From Eledone cirrhosa (Eukaryota), in contig OZ024756.1 in NCBI GenBank assembly GCA_964016885.1, positions 44,268,001 through 44,332,000 of the forward strand: DNA of 64,000 nt. The letters are read 5' to 3'. The notes under the pieces are model-generated. The model saw nothing but the letters and a program-made list of their open reading frames with translations, was not told where the DNA came from and ran no database searches. The translations under genes and the position numbers were made by a program. Below, piece after piece: positions 12,246-23,177 of the stretch (position 1 is the first letter of the stretch; each line of letters opens with the position of its first letter).

Positions 12246-12967
12246 GACCATATACCTCCGGTTGGTGCGAGCAACGGCTAAAAAAAGTCGTTGGGACACG
12301 TAAATAAAGGGGACGCGAGGGTAAACAAACAAAATGGTGAAGCAACAGAAAGTGAGGAACCGGAGGTATATGGTCTTTAAAGCGATGAAATGCCTATGAT
12401 GGTTGGAAGATCACTGATGAAGGACAAACTTTTTTCATATGTAACCCATTTGCAACTCCGCAGCGCCCTTATTATCATATTTACACATATCTTTTCCTCT
12501 GCTGCTACACCGTCTTTTTCGTTCTATGTATCTTTACCCTTTCTAGCAGTCTCTCTCTCTGTTAGCCTCTTCCTCACCCTTCACTCACTCATTCTCTGTC
12601 ACTACCTCTCCTCCTCCTCTTTCTTCCCGTTTGACCTGTGAGTAATTCTTTTCTCTCACATTCTCGGCCAAGCTGGTCGGAATTTTTTCTCTCTCGTCTA
12701 CGATTTCACAGAACTTATGTTTACCGAATTCGCAGACCAGACCCCTTCTTCCTCCCGTTAGACCTGTGCGAAATTCCTTCCTTGCTCACATTTCAACCTG
12801 GTTTGATGGTATTTTTTGTTTGTTTACCTTCGCATCCCATTTATTTACGTGTCCCATCGACTTTTTTTAGCCGTTGCTCGCACCAACCGGAGGTATATGG
12901 TCTTTAAAGCGATGAAATGCCTATGATGGTTGGAAGATCACTGATGAAGGACAAACTTTTTTCATAT
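12246..12967 (+). mobile_element. Non-autonomous element with PLE-like layout (5' inverted segment plus terminal direct repeats)
   Basis: 12246-12334 is inverted relative to 12814-12902; 12358-12440 is directly repeated at 12885-12967; internal ~125-bp repeats also occur at 11170-11330; ends in (TA)n. Confidence 0.7.
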
Positions 12968-13076
12968 ATATATATATATATATATACATATATATGTGTG
13001 TGTGTGTGTCACAGCCTATCAAACTACATTCAAGCAATGTAATACCACATCAACACAACGCGCACACACACACACA

Positions 13077-13153
<77 letters not shown>

Positions 13154-13645
13154 TCATTTTATTATCTAGAACTGTTTCATTCGGAAGAGATCATCAGAAA
13201 ATCCTGTTCATTTTTTAGTTTTAGTCCTGTAGAAGTCATTTCTATAATATATATATATATATGTTTAAATGTTCTTACTCTTTCTCCTGGCTATTCACAC
13301 GGTCAACAGATACACTAGATGTATTTTATTTTGCCATGCAACTGTAACAAATCTTTATATTATTTCTATTAAATAGTTTGAAGTATTCATTTGTTAGTGG
13401 TTAACATCGATGTTAAATAGCTTTAGAAAGTTTCTTCGCAATCCTTATTTTGACATTCCTATTGTATTACTACGGTCTTGTTACTGGTTTTAGATATGTC
13501 TTCATAGAGGAATTCCATTTCGTTATGCACACTATTCTTTACATTTCGTTTCATTATTTGTTATTCCATTACGCCCACAACCAACAATTTATGACTATAT
13601 TTGGTAAGTGCTTTGTCGTGTCATTTCCATATATTATCTACTGGC

Positions 13646-13691
<46 letters not shown>

Positions 13692-13880
13692 ATAAGTAAA
13701 TCTTGACATGACCTTTAAGCTTATATAGAGAATCATGTATATTTGTAATTCTGAAATATTTAGGCTCTTACTCTTGCTAAGTCGCCAAAAGCCGTTGATT
13801 CCCTCTCTCATATTAATGTTTGTCGTTAGTAATATACAACTTAAAATTTAAAAATTCATTAACAAAACAATTGTTTCCTT

Positions 13881-14636
13881 GGCGATATCCAATTTTAGTG
13901 GACTAAATGCTGCTTACGTGCTGTAGTTGCTGTTTACTTCAATATATGAGGCTATTCCAACAAATTTACATTCCCTTTTTTTTAGCCGTTAAAAGAAATA
14001 TAGATTTATTTATTGTTTTTTTTTGCGATTTATTTGCCACGTTTTTGTTTGTTTGTTTGTTTTTTTGCGATTTATTTGCCACTAGAGCATTAGGCGGGGG
14101 AAGCTTTTACAAAAATCAAGTACAAACATTTAACGAGTGATTAAAAAGGAATATAAAAAATTAAGTCCTCAATAGAGAGGCAGCCTTTTGGGGTCACACA
14201 CACCCCCGTAGAAAGTGTGCGACCTTTCTGCCAGGGAGCACAGAGAGAGAGGGGTGCTCCCTTCTTCTCTTACCTGTACAAGCCGATATAGAGAGATGGG
14301 CCACTTACACGGACCATTATTGCTACTTTCACCCATCTTTCATGGAATTGGCTGGGACTCAGTGCCTTTCTCTCCACCTTGATCCTTCTTTCGAAGTGGT
14401 ATCGGAAGAAGAGGACCATTTGTTGGCCGGCAACATATCCCCACAGATCGGCAAAAAAACAAAACAAACAAAAACGTGGCAAATAAATCGCAAAAAAAAA
14501 ACAATAAATAAATCTATATTTCTTTTAACGGCTAAAAAAAAGGGAACGTAAATTTGTTGGAATAGCCTCATACATTGAAGTAAGCAGCAACTACAGCACG
14601 TAAGCAGCATTTAGTCTACTAAAATTGGATATCGCC
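13881..14636. mobile_element. Non-autonomous DNA transposon, Merlin-like, ~180-bp TIRs, 8-bp TSD
   Basis: Ends GGCGATATCC...GGATATCGCC; TSD GTTTCCTT at 13873-13880 and 14637-14644. GG-starting TIRs with an 8-bp TSD fit Merlin. Confidence 0.8.
14082..14435 (-). mobile_element. Probable L1/Tx1-like LINE 3' fragment inside the TIR element
   Basis: Minus-strand peptide GQQMVLFFRYHFERRIKVERKALSPSQFHERWVKVAIMVRVSG...* then a 3' UTR-like stretch, AATAAA and an A-run; family assignment from recollection. Confidence 0.5.
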
Positions 14637-15683
14637 GTTTCCTTAATACTGCTTCAAACGTGAAATATTCGATAAAATTATATCACTCAAATATTTGGTA
14701 CGATTATGCCAAAACCCCAACAGAAAAACAAAACAAAACAAAAAACAATTCAAATTACCCTCGGAAGCGGCCTGCATCACATATTCAGAATTATTGTCGT
14801 TGTTGTTAAATCATGGGTTCAATACTTAGGTGGGCTGCTGTCTTTCCGAAATTTAGAAGGAAATCGGCAGTTTGTGACCAAGGTCACCAGACGTCTCAAT
14901 GATGAGTAGTAATAAAAGGATTAGATCGGACAAGCCCGGGTGTTTATATGTACGAGGTAAAAACTGCTTCGTCAAAGGTAAATTGATTTCAGCACTATGA
15001 CGATTAGAAACTTTATTGAACGCTTTCACAAGAACCAACAAAAGTTTGAGTGATTTACACAACTTTGTTTTTCAACTGATTAACTAAATTAAATAGTGTT
15101 TAATGGATACTGATTTGTGTAAGTGGTGAGTAAAACTACGACATCTACCTGAAAACATTATGATTTCTCTATAATTTTAGTGTCTGCATGTAAGTTTAGA
15201 TGTGTTTCGCTCATTTGAGTTTTCTCGTGGAAACATATATTTTGTTAAATTGATTCGTTATGTATTTTTTAAAGCTGACAAAGTAACAAGACAGTTCTTC
15301 CTTTCCTTCTACTCTTTTTATAAACTCTACTTTAGTATTTAATGATAATAATTTTCTCTAACATGGCATGAAGTGATAACAATATAGCCGAATACGTTTT
15401 ATAAGAATTATTACTGTACTTTCAGAAATTATGTAATTGCACAATAAGTGGTACAATACAAATAGAGAGATCAGGGCGTTAAAATAGTTGACTGATTACT
15501 TTGTAATCGCTAATATAGTAGATAGAATGGCTTCTTTTACGGTGGTTTCAGCTGTTAAATAGTTATAATATATTGCTTCATTATAATGAGCTTTCTGACA
15601 CAGAGGAAATGTAAAACGATGGTTGATGTGTGTGTGTGTGTATATATATAGAGAGATAGATAGATAGAGAGGGGGGAATCGAA

Positions 15684-15718
<35 letters not shown>

Positions 15719-16388
15719 TATATGAAGACAAAACGCAAAATTTATTGCTCCTAACCACAAAATCATAAAATATTTTACAGAATCACTAGAATGAACAACC
15801 TCCTCCTCGAAATATCGAACCATTGAGATTGCAATCTATAAAACGTGTGTGTAATGAAGGACTGGTAGATTCATGGTACTTCCTCTTTAATATCTGAGTT
15901 AAAAAATGTTAATAGCAGTAATGAGTTGAGACAGTGAGTAGGGTTGGGTGGGGAGAAATGTAGCAAGCGCGGCCTGCCCGGGTCATTCTCGAAAAATTCC
16001 TTTATTCAGGGGAAAAAGCTTTTAGTATTCCTTTGTATCGAGAATGGTCATAGGCAAACCGCACCTGCCAAGCTTGTAAACAATTATTTTTTTCTGAAGA
16101 ATTTTTCTACGTCCATCCCAAAATTAGTCCTTTGTTCAACACACACATATGTGCGTATATACGTACATACACACACGGGCATATGTAGGAATATATAGGC
16201 ACACACCACCAATCACACACCCATGTACATATACATCCACATAAATACATAAAAACATATAAAGACACATATAAAAACACATATACACATACGTACACAC
16301 ACCAATATGTACTCATACCTCCATATGGGTATATATATATATATACATACATATACATATATATACACACACAAAGATACATAATTAA

Positions 16389-16467
<79 letters not shown>

Positions 16468-16588
16468 TACACACACACATATATACATATGTCCGTATAT
16501 ATACATCCGTTCACACATACATGCATACACACACACACATACACACACATATATATATATATAGAGGCATACACACATACATATATAT

Positions 16589-16667
<79 letters not shown>

Positions 16668-16846
16668 CACACATAAACACATACAGACACATACACACAT
16701 ATACATATATCTCTATCTATCTATATATATATATATATATACACATACACATACAAACACATACATACACACATACATACACATACATATACATACATAT
16801 ATATATATATAATATAAGATCAAAAGATGGTTAAAGGAGTTCCATG

Positions 16847-16917
16847 TATTTTATTATGCGCATTTCAAAAACAAACATCATCATGCAATAATATTTGTGT
16901 TTTCATCAGATAAAACA
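16847..16917 (-). ncRNA. Hammerhead ribozyme in the 3' pseudo-LTR of PLE1
   Basis: Reverse complement of 22810-22880. Confidence 0.85.
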
Positions 16918-17946
16918 GGAGAACATGATATGAAGGCTAAAAAACACTTGTGGATAGTGCAGTTTTAAATCAACATATGAAAAGTGGTTTTAGATTGATG
17001 TGTGATATTGGGAAAAATATTTTATTTAGAGAGGGGGGTGGAAAGGATGAAAAAGGGGAGGAGATGAGAGGGAGAGATGGGTGATAGAGAGAAAGAGATA
17101 GTTTTTATAACTGAGAGGAGATATATTGTTTTACATAGAGAGGTTGAAAACCGTTGGAAGATAATGTATAAATTAAAAAAATTTGAAAATTAACGAAGGG
17201 AGGATATGTGCGAGAAAAAAATATTTTATTTAGGGAGGGGGTGGGTGGAAAGGATGAAAAATGGGGGAGGAGATGAGAGTGAAGGTGGAGAGGGAGAGAT
17301 GGGTGATAGAGAGAAAGAGATAGTTTTTATAACTGAGAAAAAGATATATTGTTTTACATAGAGAGGTTGAGAACCGTTGGAAGATAATGTATAAATTAAA
17401 GGAATTTGAAAATTAACGAAGGGAATTTATGTATGAAGATAGAGAGAAAAAATAATAATTGTGGATGAATATTCTAACGTCAAAAAAAGTGTATGTTGAT
17501 AAGTATTGTGGCAATTTCAAAATTAACGAAGAGAAAAATTATTAAGGTTTGTGTGTAGAAGGATTTGAGAAAAATAATGTGAAGTTAAAGTTTGTATATT
17601 GAAGGAATTAATAATATATGCGAATAAGGAGTTAATATGTATTAAGAATGAGTTCGTTGATGGGGAGAAAAAAATAATAAATTAAGGATGAAATTGAGAT
17701 TAAAAAGATTTATGATAGAGAGAAAAAAATAATAATGATTGCGGATGAATATTCTAACGTCAAAAAAACAAATGTATATGTTATGAAGGATTTTACAAGG
17801 TGAAGATAGAATGAGGGTAATGAGTAAACAAGTATTATAGAGTGTATAATGCCCTTTAAAGTAAGGTAGGAAGATGGGTATATTTTAAAGAGGTGTATGT
17901 ATATGTGCCTTTGAGAAAAGATTCTAAATTGATAAAGAATTGAATA

Positions 17947-20409
17947 TTAACTGTATACTTTGTGAAAAGTCCTATGGAATTTATGCAGGCAGATAGAAAA
18001 CAAATCTGTACGTCTATTTATTATAGAATCTAGGTTAGAGATAATGGTAAATTTTTCATTTAGGCAGAGATTACAGATTTTAGATAGAGAGCTGTTCAAG
18101 TATGAGGATTCAGAAGAAACCTTCTTCCAAAAGATGGTATATTTAATGTTTTTGTCTTTTAAGGACCATATGAGTTCTGAGAGAGCAGTGTTGGTTCTTT
18201 TAAGTTTGTATTTGAAAGATGAATGATGATTATAGAGACGAGCTTTAAAAGAGGTGGAAGTGGAGCCAAAATAGGTGAAGGAATTGGTGCTAGTTATAAT
18301 TTTACATTCATAAATTAAGTTTTTATCGAGACAATGGTTGTTGAGAGGACATTTATTTTTAATGCGGCAGTTGCAATTAGAGAGATTATTAATGAGTGAC
18401 CTAGTGTTATCTATAGAAGGAATTGGATTGGAGAAGTTGTTTGCGATAGGAATAATAGGAATAATAGTTTTTTGATTTAGAGTTGGATTATGAACATTTA
18501 GCGAAGTTGTGTTTGACGTTGTATTTGGGTTTATAGAAGTTAGCCTAGGGTTTACAATGACGTCGGGAGTACTATTACTGTTATTATGAAATTCAATGTT
18601 GGAAGAAAGAGATTTAGTATTTAGTATTTTATTGTTGTGTTTAGAGATGATGTTGGAAATATTGGAGGATGTAGAATAAGAAAATTTGATGGTGTGTTTG
18701 TTAAATATTTTACTATAGATATGTGAGGGAGGGAAGCATTTATTTAAGGCACTAAAAAATAATTTAGGAATATTGTTATTAATAGAGATGGAGAAAGGAG
18801 CATTATACCAGATTATGTTTTTGTATCTAGGTCTTTTATTAAAATTATTGGAATGATCATGATTAATTATTCTACTGTAAGTTTTTCTAGAATTTGTTTC
18901 TTTACTATATTTGATTTTATCTGGATAGCCGGCTTTAGAAAGTGCGTTATTATAGTAATTGGCGTTAGCATCAAATATGTTTTTATTAGAGGATATGTTA
19001 GATATTCTTTTTCCAATATTACTAACTATAGCATTCTTGATATTGGTAGGATGGTTAGATTTAAAGTTAACATAATTTAGGTTCTCATTGTTTTTATGGT
19101 AAGGGTAATATAGGCCAGTGTCAAGATTAAGAGATACATCCAAGAAATTAGCTAGTTTGATACTATTATCAAATTCAATTTTTAGGTTATGTTGGTTAAA
19201 GAGATTACGTATATTGTTCTTAATAATATTAAGGTTAACTATATTGCAATTTAGGATAGTAAAGAGTCCATCGTCACGATAAATTCCACCGCGAAGTTGA
19301 GGAATTTTCCGACTCAAAGAGTTCAAAATGAAGATACCAATTAAATCAGTCAATTGGGATGAATCGGATGCTCCCATTGTGATGTCGAAGTTGTTAGAGG
19401 TATCGGCTCTGGTCCAATATTCGTTGTTGAACTCTAGGATGGTTTTACGTGCGGTGAGGATGATGTGAAGTTCATCTGTGGTGATGTCAGAATATTTAAG
19501 TGCGAAAGATAGAGCATTATTGAGAAGTGAAGGCGAAATGGAGGAATAGTAGCTGGCAATATCAAATTGAATAAATTTTAGTTTGTTTTTATTATCCAAT
19601 TTGTTGAACCAGCCAATCACCTCAGAAGTACCAAACCATAAATTTAGGTTCAAAGAAGAGCAATTAGAACTAACCTGTGGGATAATTCTATCCAAGATGG
19701 CTTTATTAACAACCCCCAGATCAGATTTAGAGGGGGCGATTAATCTAACAGGTAGTTCAGTGCGAAAATTGTTTTTGTGATCCTTGAGATTTATCCTCGG
19801 AGTTCTTGGGAGGAATGGTTCGGTCTTTTTTTCAATGCCAAGTTTTGACATAATCTCAGAGGCTTCAAGGTTTATGTATTCTAAATTTTCATGGTTGGTT
19901 TTACGATACTTTTTCCTAAGTTCCTTTAGGATAAGGTTGTTATAATTATCCTTGGAAATACCATATAAGTTATTGGATTTGTCAGAGTGGACTAAAACAT
20001 TTTTTGAGGAATTTAGGTTAGAGATTGTGTTCTTGAGATTTACAAGGTGCTCTTGTTCTTTGTAAGGGTATCTCTTGAATTTAAGATTTTTTATTATTTT
20101 AGTTAATTCTTCCTCGAATTGTACTAGATTTTTGTTGGAAGGAGGATTTCGTCTAGAATTAAAAAGATGATCGAGGAAGTTATGTTCTTTGGTATGGAAG
20201 TTCCCTTTTAGGCGCTGGTCATAGAAATAGGATGTCCATCTAAGTCTTCTTACGAAGGAGTCAGTTTTTTCAATAAGAAGATTGGTGAATTCAGATTTAC
20301 CAGGTATAGGAATGTCTTTAGTTGAATTGGTTATGTTGTAATAATCCATGTTGTAGAAGAAGAGGTGAAGGACCATCAAAAGGTATCCAATATGAGAGTA
20401 AGCGCTCAA
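17947..20409 (-). CDS. PLE polyprotein: reverse transcriptase plus C-terminal GIY-YIG endonuclease (Naiad-like)
   Basis: 820-aa open frame; N-terminal STKDIPIP...FVRRLRW; RT motifs FDIASYYSSI, ITMGASDS, YRDDG, NFLDVSLNL; endonuclease CNCR..CPL..C...LIY...YFG...FKARLYNH...CNLCLNEK. The true start may be the ATG of MDYYN. Confidence 0.93.
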   Translation of the reverse strand: MSAYSHIGYLLMVLHLFFYNMDYYNITNSTKDIPIPGKSEFTNLLIEKTDSFVRRLRWTSYFYDQRLKGNFHTKEHNFLDHLFNSRRNPPSNKNLVQFEEELTKIIKNLKFKRYPYKEQEHLVNLKNTISNLNSSKNVLVHSDKSNNLYGISKDNYNNLILKELRKKYRKTNHENLEYINLEASEIMSKLGIEKKTEPFLPRTPRINLKDHKNNFRTELPVRLIAPSKSDLGVVNKAILDRIIPQVSSNCSSLNLNLWFGTSEVIGWFNKLDNKNKLKFIQFDIASYYSSISPSLLNNALSFALKYSDITTDELHIILTARKTILEFNNEYWTRADTSNNFDITMGASDSSQLTDLIGIFILNSLSRKIPQLRGGIYRDDGLFTILNCNIVNLNIIKNNIRNLFNQHNLKIEFDNSIKLANFLDVSLNLDTGLYYPYHKNNENLNYVNFKSNHPTNIKNAIVSNIGKRISNISSNKNIFDANANYYNNALSKAGYPDKIKYSKETNSRKTYSRIINHDHSNNFNKRPRYKNIIWYNAPFSISINNNIPKLFFSALNKCFPPSHIYSKIFNKHTIKFSYSTSSNISNIISKHNNKILNTKSLSSNIEFHNNSNSTPDVIVNPRLTSINPNTTSNTTSLNVHNPTLNQKTIIPIIPIANNFSNPIPSIDNTRSLINNLSNCNCRIKNKCPLNNHCLDKNLIYECKIITSTNSFTYFGSTSTSFKARLYNHHSSFKYKLKRTNTALSELIWSLKDKNIKYTIFWKKVSSESSYLNSSLSKICNLCLNEKFTIISNLDSIINRRTDLFSICLHKFHRTFHKVYS

Positions 20410-20553
20410 CCGTTAAGGAGCAAGTTAATGTAGGAGGTGAGTTTTATTGTAGTACAATAAAGCAATGCAGATATCGGATAAGAAGCACTCTACAGTTTGT
20501 AGGACTGGAGTATACATAATATAAGATCAAAAGATGGTTAAAGGAGTTCCATG

Positions 20554-20624
20554 TATTTTATTATGCGCATTTCAAAAACAAACATCATCATGCAATAATA
20601 TTTGTGTTTTCATCAGATAAAACA
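20554..20624 (-). ncRNA. Hammerhead ribozyme in the upstream pseudo-LTR of PLE1
   Basis: Same sequence as 16847-16917, offset 3707 bp. Confidence 0.85.
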
Positions 20625-22809
20625 GGAGAACATGATATGAAGGCTAAAAAACACTTGTGGATAGTGCAGTTTTAAATCAACATATGAAAAGTGGTTTTAA
20701 ATTGATGTGTGATATTGGGAAAAATATTTTATTTAGAGAGGGGGGGGGGGGTGGAAAGGATGAAAAAGGGGAGGAGATGAGAGGGAGAGATGGGTGATAG
20801 AGAGAAAGTGATAGTTTTTATAACTGAGAGGAGATATATTGTTTTACATAGAGAGGTTGAAAACCGTTGGAAGATAATGTATAAATTAAAAAATTTGAAA
20901 ATTAACGAAGGGAGGTTATGTGCGAGGAAAAAATATTTTATTTAGGGAGGGGGGGTGGGGGTGGAAAGGATGGAAAAAGGGGGAGGAGATGAGAGTGAAG
21001 GTGGAGAGGGAGAGATGGGTGATAGAGAGAAAGAGATAGTTTTTATAACTGAGAAAAAGATATATTGTTTTACATAGAGAGGTTGAGAACCGTTGGAAGA
21101 TAATGTATAAATTAAAGGAATTTGAAAATTAACGAAGGGAATTTATGTATGAAGATAGAGAGAAAAAATAATAATTGTGGATGAATATTCTAACGTCAAA
21201 AAAAGTGTATGTTGATAAGTATTGTGGCAATTTCAAAATTAACGAAGAGAAAAATTATTAAGGTTTGTGTGTAGAAGGATTTGAGAAAAATAATGTGAAG
21301 TTAAAGTTTGTATATTGAAGGAATTGATAATATATGCGAATAAGGAGTTAATATGTATTAAGAATGAGTTCGTTGATGGGGAGAAAAAAATAATAAATTA
21401 AGGATGAAATTGAGATTAAAAAGATTTATGATAGAGAGAAAAAAATAATAATGATTGCGGATGAATATTCTAACGTCAAAAAAACAAATGTATATGTTAT
21501 GAAGGATTTTACAAGGTGAAGATAGAATGAGGGTAATGAGTAAACAAGTATTATAGAGTGTATAATGCCCTTTAAAGTAAGGTAGGAAGATGGGTATATT
21601 TTAAAGAGGTGTATGTATATGTGCCTTTGAGAAAAGATTCTATCTAAAATCTGTAATCTCTGCCTAAATGAAAAATTTACCATTATCTCTAACCTAGATT
21701 CTATAATAAATAGACGTACAGATTTGTTTTCTATCTGCCTGCATAAATTCCATAGGACTTTTCACAAAGTATACAGTTAATATTCAATTCTTTATCAATT
21801 TAGAATCTTTTCTCAAAGGCACATATACATACACCTCTTTAAAATATACCCATCTTCCTACCTTACTTTAAAGGGCATTATACACTCTATAATACTTGTT
21901 TACTCATTACCCTCATTCTATCTTCACCTTGTAAAATCCTTCATAACATATACATTTGTTTTTTTGACGTTAGAATATTCATCCGCAATCATTATTATTT
22001 TTTTCTCTCTATCATAAATCTTTTTAATCTCAATTTCATCCTTAATTTATTATTTTTTTCTCCCCATCAACGAACTCATTCTTAATACATATTAACTCCT
22101 TATTCGCATATATTATCAATTCCTTCAATATACAAACTTTAACTTCACATTATTTTTCTCAAATCCTTCTACACACAAACCTTAATAATTTTTCTCTTCG
22201 TTAATTTTGAAATTGCCACAATACTTATCAACATACACTTTTTTTGACGTTAGAATATTCATCCACAATTATTATTTTTTCTCTCTATCTTCATACATAA
22301 ATTCCCTTCGTTAATTTTCAAATTCCTTTAATTTATACATTATCTTCCAACGGTTCTCAACCTCTCTATGTAAAACAATATATCTTTTTCTCAGTTATAA
22401 AAACTATCTCTTTCTCTCTATCACCCATCTCTCCCTCTCCACCTTCACTCTCATCTCCTCCCCCTTTTTTCATCCTTTCCACCCCCCCCCCTAAATAAAA
22501 TATTTTTTTCCTCGCACATATCCTCCCTTCGTTAATTTTCAAATTTTTTTAATTTATACATTATCTTCCAACGGTTTTCAACCTCTCTATGTAAAACAAT
22601 ATATCTCCTCTCAGTTATAAAAACTATCTCTTTCTCTCTATCACCCATCTCTCCCTCTCATCTCCTCCCCTTTTTCATCCTTTCCACCCCCCCCTCTCTA
22701 AATAAAATATTTTTCCCAATATCACACATCAATCTAAAATCACTTTTCATATGTTGATTTAAAACTGCACTATCCACAAGTGTTTTTTAGCCTTCATATC
22801 ATGTTCTCC

Positions 22810-22880
22810 TGTTTTATCTGATGAAAACACAAATATTATTGCATGATGATGTTTGTTTTTGAAATGCGCATAATAAAATA
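22810..22880 (+). ncRNA. Hammerhead ribozyme in the inverted pseudo-LTR of PLE1
   Basis: tgttttat CTGATGA aaac...gttttt GAAA tgcgca TA ataaaata; palindromic stem III ATGCGCAT; predicted AUA cleavage after 22872. Confidence 0.87.
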
Positions 22881-23001
22881 CATGGAACTCCTTTAACCAT
22901 CTTTTGATCTTATATTATGTATACTCCAGTCCTACAAACTGTAGAGTGCTTCTTATCCGATATCTGCATTGCTTTATTGTACTACAATAAAACTCACCTC
23001 C

Positions 23002-23103
<102 letters not shown>

Positions 23104-23177
23104 CATACATATATTCATGTGTACACATAAGAAGAGGGGGGGGTTAGTGAAATGGAATTTTACCTCCGAGTGTTAAT

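Noticed and set aside
17947-20409. Selenoprotein (UGA recoding), which I recall for many Naiad PLEs
   Set aside because: This ORF has no in-frame UGA and I could not identify a convincing SECIS.
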